Shown here in pieces: positions 11,659-25,944 of a stretch of 64,000 bases of DNA. Position 1 is the stretch's first letter. Each line of letters begins with the position of its first letter. Made by a program: the position numbers and the translations under genes. The stretch is from the NCBI GenBank assembly GCA_027604505.1, contig JADIIX010000006.1, positions 1 to 64,000 of the forward strand, written 5' to 3'. Source of the DNA: Gonapodya sp. JEL0774. Lineage: Eukaryota. The notes under the pieces were generated by a model. It made no database searches. It was not told the DNA's origin and saw nothing but the letters and a program-made list of their open reading frames with translations.

Positions 11659-13907
11659 ATGTTTAGATTCCGACATTCTCCCTTTGACGGTTCCCGCATA
11701 GCGGTCTTAAGGAATCTTCATCACGTTTCTGCTTGCACCATCGGCAAATTCGTCCCTCGAGCATCAAGTCGTCGCTTACTTGCAACTGGAGCAGAACACC
11801 AATCCGGCGAGCTCACAGCTAGCAAGACCCCATTCCGTATCCGGCGCACTGAAAATACACCATCGCAGCGGTATTTGAAGCTTTCATTCCGTTTTCCGTC
11901 CGATCTGAGGGTCGAGGTAGTACTTGGCATCTCATCTTGACCATATTCCCATCATGATCTCATGGTTCCGCTGAATATTTCTGCCGTATACGCGACATTA
12001 TTTATTGCTTTACCTCTGCGTTCACTAGCATGCTACTGTAGAAGCCTTGCGAGCGCACCTCGAGAAATCAGAGGAACGAAGTGCGTTCAAGACGTTTCGG
12101 TCAGGCTTTCCCAGTTAGTTCTTGCTCCGAATCAGTTCTTCATCGCAATGAATTTTGCAGAGCACTGGCGGCTATGGGACAACTCCATACTCTGAAGTAT
12201 AACGATGTTTCGCGTATACTTCATATTGTCGCGAAGGGAACAGTAGTCTCATTCCCGGAGTGTGCTCGAGGTGAGAATTAGAGGAGTATGACTGGGTTTT
12301 ATATTTTACGCGTGACGCTCCCATCCGTCCGAAACAGACGTTTTTAACATCTTCAGCTACTTCCGACAGTTTCAAACTAATGCCCGTGAAGAACATCATT
12401 TGTACATTCGTGACACGGCGCTTGTAGGTGAGGTTCTTGGACGTGCAGGACGAGTGACGGATGCATTGCGGATTCTCAACGATTCCGGTGCGAACACCAA
12501 CCTGTTTGTGAGTCATGGGAGCAGTGCCGTCTTCGAGTTGTGCGACCCAGAATGTTTTTAATGCCGTAGATCCTGAATGCCCTGATATCTGTGTACATGA
12601 CCTCTCCAAACACTGTACCCCAAGCTCTTAGCATCTGGGAGAAGTTGGGAACCGGCAAGAATCCAAAGGCCAACGCGACTACATACAGCATGTTTATTCG
12701 AGGCTATGCGGATTTGAAAGATGCCGAGTCGGCTCGGAAGTGGTTTGCAAAGTTGGAGACGGAGCTTGCACCTGCAGATCCGCCGCTCAAAGCATACGCC
12801 GGGCTCATTCAGGCATTCGCTAACACCAGTAATCCCCAAGGTGCACAGGAAGTTTTTGCGAAGTACCGAATTCGACATCGCGGATCAGGCACTTCTACTA
12901 TGATGAGCATATTGCTCCAGGCATATTTGAATGCTGGAGATCTGACCGCAGCTCGAGCGCTCGTAGATCGTATGCTGGAGCGGGAAATTATGATACAGCC
13001 TACTGTGTATGCGCAACTGATTGACGCGAACGTTGTCGCGCTGGGGGGCCCCGGGTCTGTGGAAGCTCTTGCGGAAGCCCGTCGCCTCTTTACCGCCTTT
13101 CCAAAAGATCGCACGGAGACGGGACACCATTCTGAACCTGTCTACGCAGCGATGATTCGCGCGTGCAAGGGTCACGCTGACGATATTTGGGCTCTCTGGA
13201 AGGAAGCAAGGATGGCACGTGTGCCGTTCGGTGAAACGGTCTCCTGGCCCGCTCTGGTCGGAGCCTTGGACACTGAGGACTTGATCGACACATTTCCTCC
13301 TCCGGTGCTTGTACGGGACATCATACAGCAGGAAGGTGGAGGCTTTGCATCGGAGGAATCATTGGTTGGTCCAGCAGTGAGAGCACTTGTGAGGGCGGGG
13401 CGGCAGGACGATGCAATGACGGTTTTGGCGGGATTGGACACGAAGATCATGGGGAATGCATACTTAAATCTCTTTCGCACGCTCCGCGAAATGAACGATT
13501 TCGCGGGAATGGAAGTGGTACTTGCCGCTGTCCACAAGCTCGACAACGCCGATGTCATATCCAATAACACCCTGAGAGACTCGTTCGTGACCGACTTTCT
13601 TTGGTCATGTCAACGACGCGCATCCGCAGCGAAGGATGTTGGAGATGCTGTCGATATTTCCTTGTCCATTAGATCCGCGGAATATGCACTACACATCCTC
13701 GAGGAGCGGGCCATCAGTCTTACCCCTTCTGTCTGTGAACCTATCGTACGGGCATATATGACCGCCAATTCTGCAGTGGTGGGGGCTATTGTGGACATTC
13801 CTGACGAGGCAAAAGCCTTGTGCAGAAGGTTGAAGGAACAAGGGACCGTGACGGGTACTGAAAAATGTCCAAATGTTAATCGAGTTATGTTAACGATTGA
13901 CGAATGA
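11659..13907 (+). CDS. Pentatricopeptide repeat (PPR) protein, probably mitochondrial
   Basis: Arg/Ser-rich N-terminus (MFRFRHSPF...RASSRRLLAT); tandem ~35-aa helical repeats TTYSMFIRGYA, AYAGLIQAFAN, MSILLQAYLNAGDL, TVYAQLIDA, VYAAMIRAC. Confidence 0.85.
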
Positions 13908-14043
13908 CGTCGAGAGCAAACCGTGTAGCACTGAGATGTTCTCCATTACAGTCACAAATTTACTTGTTATGTAGATTGTGCTCGCTATACCACACATTTC
14001 TCTGTTCACCCGATTGCCTGATCCGTACCTGCTGTTTCCTACC

Positions 14044-16571
14044 TCACTTCAACTTATGTTTTGTCGCTTCCACCTCATTCTTCTCCCCCGGATACCTTTT
14101 CCACGTGTTCCTCCACTTGGCGTACCCTTTGTCTGTACCGAACAATGAGTCGAGCGGCCGGATAAATAGGCCGTACGCGCCTTGGTCGGGGCGACGGTGG
14201 TGCTGCAGATAAAGTATTTGGGAATAGCAGGGTGATAGGAATAGACCAGACAGCAACCTACATAATCGTGGAAGGTTTGGTCGGACCATAGTGACGGGAA
14301 CCAGTTCTGAAGGCGGGGGAAACGGGACGAAGGGTAAGGTGCCAACACCATTCACCAATCATTGACCCATATCTACGGAGCCCATGATTATCGGATACAC
14401 CTCTAATACGCACCATTGGCAGCCATGGTAAGTAGTACCCGCAGTGCCAGAAATTGTCAATGAGCTGGAAAGCAGTGATCATAAGGAGGTAGGTAAGGCC
14501 GTGCATGTTCTGCAATCGATGGGAGTAATGCCGCGTAGCGGACAGTGTGAGTGGTAAGGGACCAGGTTGATGGGAGTGGGAGGTGTAAATTGTATCGGGT
14601 GAGATGCAAACTCAAATGACCAGCGAAAGGAAAGCACGTCACGCACAAATATGTACGCGGGAGGCAAGTAGCAGAAAAAGAATGTGAGGTATGACTCGGG
14701 CATATTGAAATAGTTGTGTGTGTAGATGCTGTGAGTACAGGTCCAAAAGGAGTAATGACGATAACGGCAACCGCAAGTCCATGGAAGCAAGTAAGAGCTG
14801 CGCCTGCGTTGAGAAGGGTGCAACAGGTAGACATACTTGGATACCATGTATTCGTGGTCTGTGTAGGCAGTTTGAGCAGATGGGTTGCCGCGGGGGTGGT
14901 GCAGATTCAGTTGTTGGTGAGACGACTCTCATAGAACAGCGGTGCGCTCAAAATTAGGTCCATACGGCGTGCCCAGAATAGCGGTCTCCGGTCCGTTCCC
15001 ACCATCTCAGTGAATTTCGGGGAATTTCCACTTATAATTGGTCCTCTCTCCGACCTCTCAATCTTGCATATCAAGGAGAATCCAACTCACGGAATTTGTG
15101 TACGTACTTGTACACCGTCGGATTCGCGTGCCACGCCCAGTGGTTGAAGTAGTAGACTTTTTTGGATGGATAAGAGAGACAGGGAGCGGGGAACGGTTCA
15201 ACCAAGAAGTGTTGTTTGTATGCGTTGCGAGCGGGTGGTGGAAGCAAGGTGAGGTGCGAAGCATGTATGGTTACGCAAGGACGACAGGTGAGACCAGGTG
15301 TACGCTTTGCAAAGCTACTCGACGGACGAAACATTTCAGCGCCCGTATCTCCCCCCTCTTTGCCCACAACTCACACACATCAAGAACTAGTAGTCCCCCG
15401 ACAACCCCCGAAACGAGCTCTGTCCACCCAGGCACATTCCCTCCAACGACCTTGAACCCAAAAAGGGCCCTCATGCACAGGAAAAAGGGCACATTGTAGT
15501 ACAGCGGAGAGGTGAGGAACATGGATGGGAGCGAGCCGATTGTTTCGGACCACAGGGATTGCTGGGAGAGGAGTTTTGCTGGCGGGAGTTTGGACGGTTG
15601 CTGGTGGTGTGTGCATGAGGGACGGTTGTGATAGGTGGAATGGGACGATGGAGGGTATGAGGATTGTTCATATTTTAAGAGCGGTTCCCAACAATAGCAG
15701 TTTCAATCCAATGTACGCACAATTTTCCGTTTGTAGATAAATTCAGGTTTATGAGTTCTGTCGACGTAGTCGAAGAAGAGGAGGCCGGGCCTGTTGGATG
15801 GACATATTGGATGTCATTTGGCGCGTGATTGAGCGAGAGCGACACGTGAATACATCAAGTGACGCAGGCTTCTAGGGAATGGAGTCCGAACTGGTTGGTA
15901 CGAAGTGGTCCTCGTTTCCCATTTATCCACGTTGGCGTCCATCCTGGCGATAGGGATGGCGGAATTGGGCCGCTGACGCACAGTGGTCATACCAGGCGAC
16001 CCAGAATTCGTGGTTCTCAATCCAATCCGACCAAAAGGACGCACCAGAATCCGAGTATTACGGTGAAGATAGGGAAGATTATCGACTAGATTCGGAGCGG
16101 GGCGATAACGAGTAGGTTTGAGTGAGAATCGAAAATCGGAAGCACATTCTGCAACTGTGGGGAAACTATGGCAGCGAAGATTCCATCGAGCGGGTCCATC
16201 TTGTGCGTACCCCAATCTAACCATGCACACGCGATTGACTACCACGAGATCATGTGCGTGCGGGCCACAAGGGGAAAAGTGGATCCAGGATCCGTGATCC
16301 CCCATGACAGCCTGTGCACATCTTTACAAGATATGATAAATACAGGAAATGGGTTCTCCTGATGGACCACGGATTGCCTTGGCATTGGCATTCACCGACT
16401 CACCCAAATAACGGCCTCTGCAACGGTGTGTGCTGTGTCGTTGTCGAGTCCCGAGGATCGCATCACGGCATCGCCGATGAGTTGGATCACGGGGAGCAAA
16501 AAGGCGTCCCACTGAGAGTCACCGATCGAGGGGCGGAAGGGCGAGATGGGTGGGACGGTGGTGGAGTTCAT
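14044..16571 (-). CDS. Fatty-acid hydroxylase/sterol desaturase superfamily (ERG25/ERG3/SUR2-like) membrane di-iron enzyme; start approximate
   Basis: His boxes in spliced exons: YYFNHWAWH...YKYVHK, NFWHCGY, FHDY|HH...YGLFIRPLDSLFGTD; N-terminal FWPGLLFFDYVD...YKRKI. Confidence 0.85.
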
Positions 16572-16981
16572 GTTTTGTGGTCGTTGCCAAGTGAATCATG
16601 CGGTCCGAACTGTCGGACCCACCTTAAAGTTCGGACAATCGGACACACTGACCTGTTCCATTATTAGTTCCTCAATTATTTTATGCAATCGAAAGTTCAA
16701 CTTACTTGAAATCAAGATAAGTGGGCCTCGTGATTTTATAGCCTTACGCATTGTTCTGCAACCAAGGAGGCGACCTACGTGGACTCGCACTTTATTTCAC
16801 CGTCACTGTCACCGAGTGAAGTTAGTTGAATTCGCATCTTTGATAGTTCTCGTGTGCATTTCAGTTTGCTGTGTGACCGGCCGGGGCTCAACCCCTCGGC
16901 CCGACAACCCTTGACCACAACATTTCGCACCTTCCACGTCACTAAGGGAATCGCATCATCCCATTGATTTCACTCTTTGCG

Positions 16982-19550
16982 ATGCTGCACTCGACGATGC
17001 CTGCCGCACGCTCCCTGGCCGCATCTGCCGCACGCTGCTCGGCCGCATCTGCCTCTGCCGCATCCTCGTCTTCTTCCCCCCGTCGTGCAACGCTCCCCTC
17101 ACACCCCATCACCACGCGCACCACGTCCCACTCTCACCGCCGCACTTTCATCATGTCTCCGCTCTCCCTTGCCGCAGATCAGGGCCGCATCCCACTTCAT
17201 CCGCAGTCACAGGCCGCTCCCAATCCCTCCTCTCCTGCCTCCCAACCTCCTCCTCCCGCTCCTCCTCTCTCAAAGCGCATCCTGGCCGGCGTGTCCCGCG
17301 CTCGCTCCGCAGCCCATACCAAGTCTCATTCTGGTGCCTTTGTTGAAGAGGATTCCAGAGTCGTACGTTGCACTTCTCCAATCGATTGAGAAACATCATG
17401 ACTTACGTTTCTCATCTTTTTCTTTTGTGTCGTTTTTCACTTTCTCCCATTCCTTCACTCTTTCATATTGCATTTCTTTGATCCTTTTACACCTCTTCCC
17501 ACGACCATATAGCGACAACTCCAAGCGCCTCGTGGAAAACAAAAAGGTGTCCGCGGCGTGGGGTCGGAAACTACAGTCATGGCTCCAACGGCCATCATTG
17601 GTGCGCCTCTGCTTGAGGTGTGTACTCATTTAAGTGGTGTCATTAGCAGGATAATACTGGTGCTGGGCTGTGCCCGTTGGGATTGTATGCGTTGGGACTT
17701 TCCGATCGGTGATTGTTGGGTTCCCTGGTTGTGACAAGCAAGGGTGTGCACACATTAACGATGCGTTGGGCAGTCATGGTTGGATGATTGGGTCCGATTG
17801 ATAGTGGTCAGGTTTCATGGCACCAACGGAACTAGGGCGGCAATCTCAGAATGCGAGCAGCAAGTTTCACCCATTTTGAACTATCCCATCACATGACAAG
17901 ATATTCTGAGAATTAAATTGTGGGACTACATTGATCGGTGGCTCTTGGCATGTGCACGAACTCCTCGCCAAGCAAACCTGTGGTACTCATTATCTTCTTC
18001 TCCCTTCCGTCAGCCCCGCCGTGCCATGGCCTTTGCCACGGCTGACCGCTTCGACCTGGACCGACTGACTCCTCTGCTGGAATCCGCGGGATACACCATT
18101 TTGGACCACCTGGCTGACGATGTGGTCCACGTAGTGTTTCCAGCGGTGAACTCACCAGGTACAGCGACAGAAGCGTCCACCGTGGCCGATACACACGATA
18201 CGGAGACGCGTTCCGCCGAAATCGACCACTCAACCCACCCGCACACGCTTCCACCCGATACACCCTCCGTCCCGTTGGTCCGCCCCTCCACCACGTCGCC
18301 CCACTACAGCCTCTCCCATCCAATCCCTACACCCGCGGCTCCCACCGCAATCTCCCCGCCTAGCCCCACGGATCTGGATACGTTTGACCCGGACCTGCCT
18401 CCGCTACCGGAAGCCTTCATTTTCTCAGCCGGCACTTTTGTGACGTGGGGTGCGGACGAGCGGGAGAACTCGCGGCTGATGGATACCTTGAGGGGCGCGG
18501 AGGTGGACCCGTATAGTGCGGTGGAGACGGAGTGGTTTGATTACGTGGTGGATTTGAACGAGTGAGTTTGGCAGGCCGGGTGTGGGGAATGGCGGTGTGA
18601 CGCATTTGGACATAATCGCCCAGGAGCTTGGGGAATGGGGATAGCGGGGTGAAATGGGAGGAGAAGGGAGTGATTACCAAAGATGACAGATGTAGTCGTG
18701 ATTGTTATTCGCTCGCATTGTCAAACACCGCTTTCCTCCTTCTCACCCACACTTCGCCTACCACCGCACCACTGTGCGGCCCTCCTACACCGCAATTTAA
18801 CCCTGCTTTCAAGACCCGGCGGCATGTCCGGCGACACCATTCTCATCGGCGCCGACCTCCCTCCGTCCCAATCCGCCCTCGCCTTCTCCTCGGGCCTCTC
18901 ACGCTCAGTCAAACTCGCTGCATTGGAAGCCCTCCTTGACCGCCACCTTGCCGAGAACCGCTCCGTGCCGCGCTTCCTCGCCAAGGGCCGCCGCCTACCC
19001 ATGGGACAAAAAGAGGTGCTCTCCAAATTGGGCGAACTGCTCGTGTTCCGCGGTAGCGTCAACCTCCACTCGGAACTCCTCGACGCGCCGGATTTCTGCT
19101 GGTCCAATCCGAGGATGGAGAACTACTTCGAATCCACGTCGCGAAATCTAGATGTCCGACCTAGGATCGCCGTGTTCAATAAGAAGCTCGATTACGCTAA
19201 CGAGCTGGCGGCAACCTTGAAGGACCACTTGTCTGAGAGACATTCCAACAACCTGGAGTGGATTATCATCGTTCTCATCGCCGTGGAAGTAGTTAGTGAA
19301 GCAGTGCATTATGCAGAGAGGTTGGGCTATGTGGATTTGGAGCGCTTTAGGAAGGGAGCCAAGGTGGGTTGACAGTAACATGTGTGAATGAGTTGGGGAA
19401 TGAGAACGGTTTACTTGGGGTTGAACTGTGCTAGCTTTGAATCACTAATTTTGTGTTATCGATCTGCAGGAACCCGTGATTGGCTGGCGGTGGGACAAAG
19501 TCGTCGCGGTCGAAAAGACAGGCACTGACGCTGCCGGTGCAGTGAATTGA
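16982..19550 (+). CDS. DUF155 (RMND1/Rmd1/Mrx10-like) protein with mitochondrial presequence-like N-terminus
   Basis: AFATADRFDL, FIFSAGTFVTWG, AFSSGLSRSVKL, NLHSELLDAPDFCW, LDVRPRIAVFNKKLDY, LEWIIIVLIAVEV; stop at 19372, or at 19550 after a final intron. Confidence 0.88.
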
Positions 19551-19858
19551 AGGTGACCTCGTGACATTGTATTTAAGATGATGGTGTCCGAATGGAGTTG
19601 TTAGACGTTTGCTTTAGAGTAGACTTAAAGGCAAGTAGGAGGGTGAGAGTGGAGTGGTGGTCGTTTGAACCAAGAGTGATTGTGCACAGTCCCAGATGAA
19701 TCGCAGTAGCACTAGTGCATCTTGTTTCGTGACAAAATAAAAATTGCATCTTCGAATGATTACATGTTCAGCGAATTGCTCCACATCCACAAGTGCAAGG
19801 ACATATATCCATCAATGTATAAAAATTACCCACCAGTGTATACAAATCACACACCACA

Positions 19859-22800
19859 TTAAATTGGGCCGAAAAATTTTCTTAACCCTCCACTCTCCGT
19901 ACCAGAGCCGCTTGCATCTGTTTTGGCTCTCTTGTTGCTCCCCACAACACCAGCTCCACCCCGTCCCGCTGCTGGCTTTCGCTTCCCTCTCCCCACCGAT
20001 CCTGACCTCACTCCACCCGGGCCCGCACCCGCACTCCCAACTCTTCCCGCCCTGACTGCCGTCTTTCGTTCCTCGTTTGAAAAACGAAGGGCAAAATGGT
20101 AGTCCTCGTGTTCGCTGCGGAAATTTTCGGCCAACGTTGCACCACACTTGTCACAGAAGTAAGTTGCTGGGTCCGAAATTGGGTTGGCCAGAGGTGCGGG
20201 TAATATGCTGGGAGGGAGTTCGGAATTACCAAAGATAAGGGCGACCGGTTCATCATCGGTGTCCGCGAGGATAGAGGGATCCTCGAATTTGGCGTCCTCG
20301 ACACTATCTACCACCACCTCATCCTCGAAATTGTCCTCGTCCCTCATGCTTTCCAATACTTCTTCCGCCATTGCGCTGCCGGCTTCGGTGTCCGACCCGG
20401 CGAGCGCATCTTCGTGCTCGCTGACTTCACTCGGGTGAGTTGCCGGCGACATCGCATCCAGGTCGATTCCGGCAGCAGTCTCACCGTCTACGACATCCTC
20501 CCCAACAAATACTTTTTGTGGTGTAGCCAAGGAGCCGAAAAAAGCCATGAGGCCCTTGGGTGGTCGCGGGGGTCGATGTGATTGTCGAGTTGTGGTTGGC
20601 AATTGCCTGGGGCGAAGCGGTGACACGGCGTCACTCTGGCCTTGCCCCTGCCCTCCTTGTCCCGTTTTCATCCACTTCATTAAATCTCCCGTTCCCTTCT
20701 CCCCTTGCAACCCCGTTACCTGCATACTGATTCGGGAGCACGGAAAGATCTTGAACCGGTCTTCTTGCTTGATGAGGTCCATGGCGCGGTGGACCAGTGC
20801 ATCAGCAGTGAAGGAACTAGAGCGGGGCGGGAAGGGATGAGAGCGGGACTTGTCGAGGTGAGGAGTGCGGTACGAGATCTGGGAGTGATGTGACAGAAGG
20901 TTGTGGTCACTTGACAATCTCGATACGTTCCCGTCTGAGACCCACCACAAGTGTCTTTGGCCACCTTCCGTTATCATCCCACTCATCTTGAAGTCTCACG
21001 AACAGCTCCGTTGCCAAAATTCCAAACCAGTGTCGATACTCTGTCATACCCGATATGGGCGGGCGGAGAGATTTAGCCGACATGAAACTCTTGGTCTTGA
21101 TGACTTCTTTGACTTCTTCGGTGGAGACACCACGTACAATATCATGGAGCCATGCCCCCGTTTGCGGGCCGAACAGTTTTTGAAGGTGAGCGACGGGGAA
21201 CTTCCTGGTTCAACACTTTTGATGTTCACATCCTCTGTGGGAAAATTGACGGAGTTTAACTCACCATAAATCACCAGCCGTTTCAACGGAAAGCTTCTCA
21301 GCAAAGTATTGTCGCGGCATCAACTTCGCAGTCTTGCAGAGCAATATGTCAGTTCGCACTGACCTGCTCGCCCACCTCATGCCCCAATTTACCACCAAGC
21401 ATGCGAATTTTCGTGAATGGAAGCTCCCTCATGAACTCAGTCACCTGAGAACCACGGAGCACGGTCTGCCAGAGAAGTGCGAGATCTACCTTGTCATATG
21501 AGAGCAAAGTAACAGAAAACCACAAAAGCTACCTGCTTGTTGGGTTTGTTCATGCCTGAGCATAGTTTTGATAACATTTTGTTGTGCGAAACGCCGGCCG
21601 AACAAGTGTAGTGAAGCTCTTGATAGACGTTGGGTTAAAGTTTGGGCGCCCCTCGCGAAATTTAGTTCCCAGACTCACCATTCCACACAGCCTGTCTCAC
21701 CTCCTTTGCAATTCGTGAAGCATAGTACAATTGAAGGTCTCCCCAACCTCGTGTAACATTCTGCCCTAATGGTCGGTCAGGCGGTGACACAGCATGAGAG
21801 GGAACTCCTAAAGGAGCCGAGGAGGTACGATCATGTTCATCACCGGCAACGATATTATCAATTGTGTTCGTTACTGTGGCCACGATTGGGGAGGATGCTG
21901 GGTCGGAGGAAGGTGCTGGCGTGATTGGTAGAGGGGGGTGTTTGGATGCCACCAAGATTGAATATTCGTCCCATCTGACAATGGGACCATCTTAACGATT
22001 CGTGGTTTTTCAAGCACCGGCAATCTGTAGCTTCGCTGAATGTTGTGACTCACCCTCGTCTTCTACTCCCTCAACAATACCGGCGGCTACATCCTCGGTT
22101 ATTCGGCGATTTGCGACCTCTGTCAAGTCCAGATAGGCTTCGTCTACCGACGCTTTTTGCAAATGCGGAGTGAAGCGGGAGAGCACCTGGAATATCTGTG
22201 CACCAAGATGAAGACCGGGAACGTCCCAAGTCGCAAAAACGAATGCACCTGTGAATTGTAACTTTGCACCAACCTTTTTTGACGCCCTCCGATAGGGTTC
22301 CAGTGACACTTTGTGGGTTGCCGCAGAGACAGACGACGGATCATGATGTCTGGGTTCGGTCTCTCCCGGGGCGTAAGTTGCAACGTGGACGAACTTTATT
22401 TGGGCATTTTTGTCTTTGGCAATCTGAAGGGCGTCGGAGACGGTGGCGTGACGTTTGATGCCAAGTGCTCTCGCTGGGTCTGGGAGTCCTCACAAATCAC
22501 GATCATGTTGGATCGCACTTGAGGTGTACGTGGAATTGTGATGCTCTCAGCGCTTGTGCAACTCACAGTTGACAGCGATAAGGCCCTTTCAAAGGTATGA
22601 ACCAGTTCTTCATTGAAGATAAATCACCATTCACGAGATCAGGTTCCAAACTCTCACCTGCCATTGCTGGACGCCGACTGCCAGATTCGGGTCCAGTCCC
22701 AATCTATTTTGCTCCACCTGGCAGTAGAAAGCTGATAGTCGGTGTGACATTCGGGCGAAGATGCATCCACTTAGCGTCGTTCTTTTTGGCCGAGGATCTG

Positions 22801-22895
22801 TGATTACTGGGACACATACCGTCAAGATCTATGTGCGCGATCGCTCGAAGCCCTTTAAGAGATGGATGAATGGCCGGTCCCCGATTGGTTGCCAT
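19859..22895 (-). CDS. RAD30: Y-family DNA polymerase eta
   Basis: IAHIDLD|AFYCQVEQ, VQQW..LIAVN, SLEPYRRAS, KASVDEAYLD, NKPNKQ, IRMLGGKLG; C-terminal UBZ (CDKC...EHEDYHFA) and PIP-like LRKFF. Confidence 0.94.
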
Positions 22896-23249
22896 AATCT
22901 CGTTCAGTCTCCCTGTGTCATAGCCGGAAGCTACAACTCGACTTCATAACAGGACAACAGCAACGACACTTTGCAACAACAATGTAGTCAAGGCAAGGCA
23001 GAAGTAATTGTACTCGAGTCATAAAATTCTTAAGGGCGTCACATTTGTCGGACTTTTTCTCTTCTGCTTGGGTAATACTCTGCTGTTTCAATGACCGTGC
23101 ATTACTTTGAGGTATGTGTTCTACTGTTCAATCTTTGACGGAAGTACGTTTTGGTTGGTCAGAAAGAACGAAATTTATTAATTTGAGTTGAACCGGAAAA
23201 CCGGTTTTAGAATGGACCCTTTGCCACACGCCAAACCCACCAAAAAGAT

Positions 23250-23271
23250 TGTCCAATCACTGTCCAATCGC
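23250..23271 (+). promoter_or_regulatory. Tandem CCAAT boxes (11-bp direct repeat) in the divergent RAD30/bZIP promoter
   Basis: TGTCCAATCAC TGTCCAATCGC; CCAAT is the Hap2/3/5 (NF-Y) core; function inferred. Confidence 0.4.
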
Positions 23272-23424
23272 TGAAAGTCGCTCGCCTTAACTGTGTACTC
23301 TTCCATTTCTCCGTGCTTGCGCCACGACCCACGGTTCGTTGTTCGACGGCACAAGCCGCCGAGAAAAGAAGGGACACGCCGTAGCCAAACAAAACCGAGG
23401 CTTTTGTTTCTCACTACTTCTTAA

Positions 23425-25349
23425 ATGTGCTACATCGGAGGAAAGAATCGTAGCGGCACAGCAGCGGTTGTCCAGCATGGTGGATCTGGGTCGCAACCGG
23501 CAGCCTTTCCCGAAGTTCAAGGAATACAGAGCACTGCCCAGTGGAATCACCCCGCAGGACCAGCTACAGCTGGTCCTGCGACTGCAGTGCTAAATCTTGG
23601 GGGAAACTTGTTTGCGGCCTATGCATCCACTCCAATATTGACGATGCAACATCAACTCCCCCAGGCAAGTTCTTTAATTTGCGTGTGTTTGGAGCATTTT
23701 ATTCGAAATTCCTCTCACTCACATCTATCAATGTCTCGGATAGGTTCCACTCATGGTGCAGGTTGCCAACCCAGTTCAGTCACAGCCCCAAACCTCTGTC
23801 ATCCCATCCCGTCAATCCTTCTTCCCCCTTGACGTGTCCATGCTCTCTCCGCCTACCCAATCTCTCTTCCCACACTCGTTGCCCTTCACTGCACCATTCG
23901 CCTCCGGGGCCAGCGCATTTGCACCGCCAATGTTCTCACCGGCTTATGAGTCCCTAGACGAACTCCTCGCTGACGGAGACCTCGACCTCAACACGTTTCT
24001 AACTGACCCAGACGAAGCCGATTCCTCGAATGGCACATCGGAGTCTTCCCCGCCATTGCCAAACTTCACTCCAAACCCCAAGTCCTTTTCGGCGACGCCC
24101 ATCTCGCTTTCGCAGCCAATATTTCCTACGACTGCTCAATCTTCGTCGTTTCCCAATCCCGAATTGAAGCCCACATTTAATAGCCAGCGCAACTTTGGGC
24201 CTCTCCTCGGTCAATCTCCTGCCATGCCCTCTCGGCGAGTCTCACCCACATTTTCAGTCTCCACGTCCACATCCTCGTCTGCCACCCCGGTCATGCCGAC
24301 ATCTGCATCCCCTGCCACACAGTCGATTGGCATCACGCAGATCCCCAGTCAGACCGTACACCACACTAATCACGTTCGGGACACGCAGCGGCGAAAGCGT
24401 GCACCACATCCTGAAAGTGATGGCGAGTACTCTACTGCTGTTCCTTCCTCTGATGTGCACCCGAGCCCTTCAGTAGAGTCTATTTCGTCGGTAAGTGAAT
24501 GTCTCGTTGCAGCTCGTTCACAATCGTACGTTTCTGCACTCTCACAAATTTTCATCTGCAACAGCCCCTCCCCGGCGCCCTCGCTCTCCCCACTTCAGGA
24601 CATGGTCTCCGCAACGACCCACTCCGGACCGCAGATCCCGCCTTGCTGGCAGCCCTCATGGCTCCCATGAGGAGGCGGAGACAGAGGGAGGAAGAGGAAG
24701 AGGTAGATGAGGATACAAAGAAGAGGAGGTGTAAAAATACAGAGGCAGCCAGGAGGAGTAGGCTGAGGTGAGTAAGGTCGTAAAGTGTTCACGGCCGTCG
24801 GGATTGGAAAGTGGCAACGACAATGGAAGGCTAATTTATTTGTACATCGTTCTGGAACCTTATTCTGTCCGCCAATATCGCTCCCTGACTGTTTGATTTT
24901 TGCAGGAAATCTCTCGCCATGGTTCAGCTTGAATTTCGCGTCAACTCCCTGGTCGAGTCCAACACATCTCTCACGACACGTCTGGAGCAGAGTGAGGGCG
25001 AGAGGGATTTGTGGAAAAGCAAAGCGGAAGCTAGAGAGAGGGAAATGAAAACGATTGAGGCGAGGATTGAGGTGAGTGAGTGTGGTTGTGGCTAGGAACC
25101 GTAGATAGTGACCACAGTCTCTAGGCCGCCTACAATGCCATGCGCCGATGCGGCGTTCCACTCCCCGAATCTAATTTCGACAATGCCGAGGGGGAGACTG
25201 CTCCTATTGTCAGCTTCAACCTTGTCGATGAGCCCATTACACTTGGTGCTCATGTGGACACGGTCGAAGAGGCACAGTTCCCGATCAAGACCGATCCGAG
25301 TATGAGTACTGAGGAGATTGTTTTCGCGGATTGGGCCCAAGCCGTATAG
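23425..25349 (+). CDS. Gcn4/CpcA-like bZIP transcription factor (in-frame ATGs at 23425 and 23644; first intron GC-AG)
   Basis: Basic region KRRCKNTEAARRSRLR|K resembles Gcn4 RNTEAARRSRARK, followed by a zipper LEFRVNSLVESNTSLTTRL; acidic-hydrophobic patch PMFSPAYESLDELL; introns near 23665, 24491, 24768, 25072. Confidence 0.82.
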
Positions 25350-25515
25350 CTCAGGTGATACCCGCATGACAAACTTTCTGGTCTGTTCTTCACTTCCCTT
25401 GAACGGGTAGTAGCCGTGGGCCATGTGGAGATCTTTGGACATTTTGCAATAAATTCTCTGTTAACATAATGCTCCTGAGATGGTGGCTCCTGAGAGGGTC
25501 GCGACTTTATGATGC

Positions 25516-25944
25516 TTAGAGTGTTGAGATTCGTTGAGGTTCGTTGAAGAAAGCCTTTCTTGTATTCATGATAGCAACCCAACAATCAAGTCAATACGCC
25601 TCACTTGTCTCTGAAACCTCCGGGTCCCTTCTCAAGTCCCAACTCTTCCACTTCTCCCTTTTCAATTGAAATCGCTTCGGCTCCTTCGTCACCATCTCTG
25701 GCAGCTCCGAGGCCGGATCCCACACCAGCAAGCGACGTGCCAGGCTCCTCTGAACTGCCGGCCTTTGGGTTTGTATCCGTGGTATCAACGGTGTCAGGGC
25801 CGGATGTGTAGAGACGATCATTTGTTCCTGAAGACACAAGTTGCAGAATGAAAAATTGTTGAGGACTAAGGTTACTTGGACATACAAACCGTCGGATTTC
25901 TCAAGCTTTTGCTTCGCTTGTTGGCTGGACTTCTTGGGAGGCAT
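25516..25944 (-). CDS. Small hypothetical disordered protein (~105 aa, 3 exons)
   Basis: MPPKKSSQQAKQKLEKSD|GTNDRLYTSGPD...GPGGFRDK|KAFFNEPQRISTL using GT-AG sites; no recognisable domain; an alternative frame is possible. Confidence 0.35.

Noticed and set aside
25092..25585. Antisense ORFs overlapping the bZIP last exon
   Set aside because: No recognisable domain; the small minus-strand gene can terminate at 25516 without them
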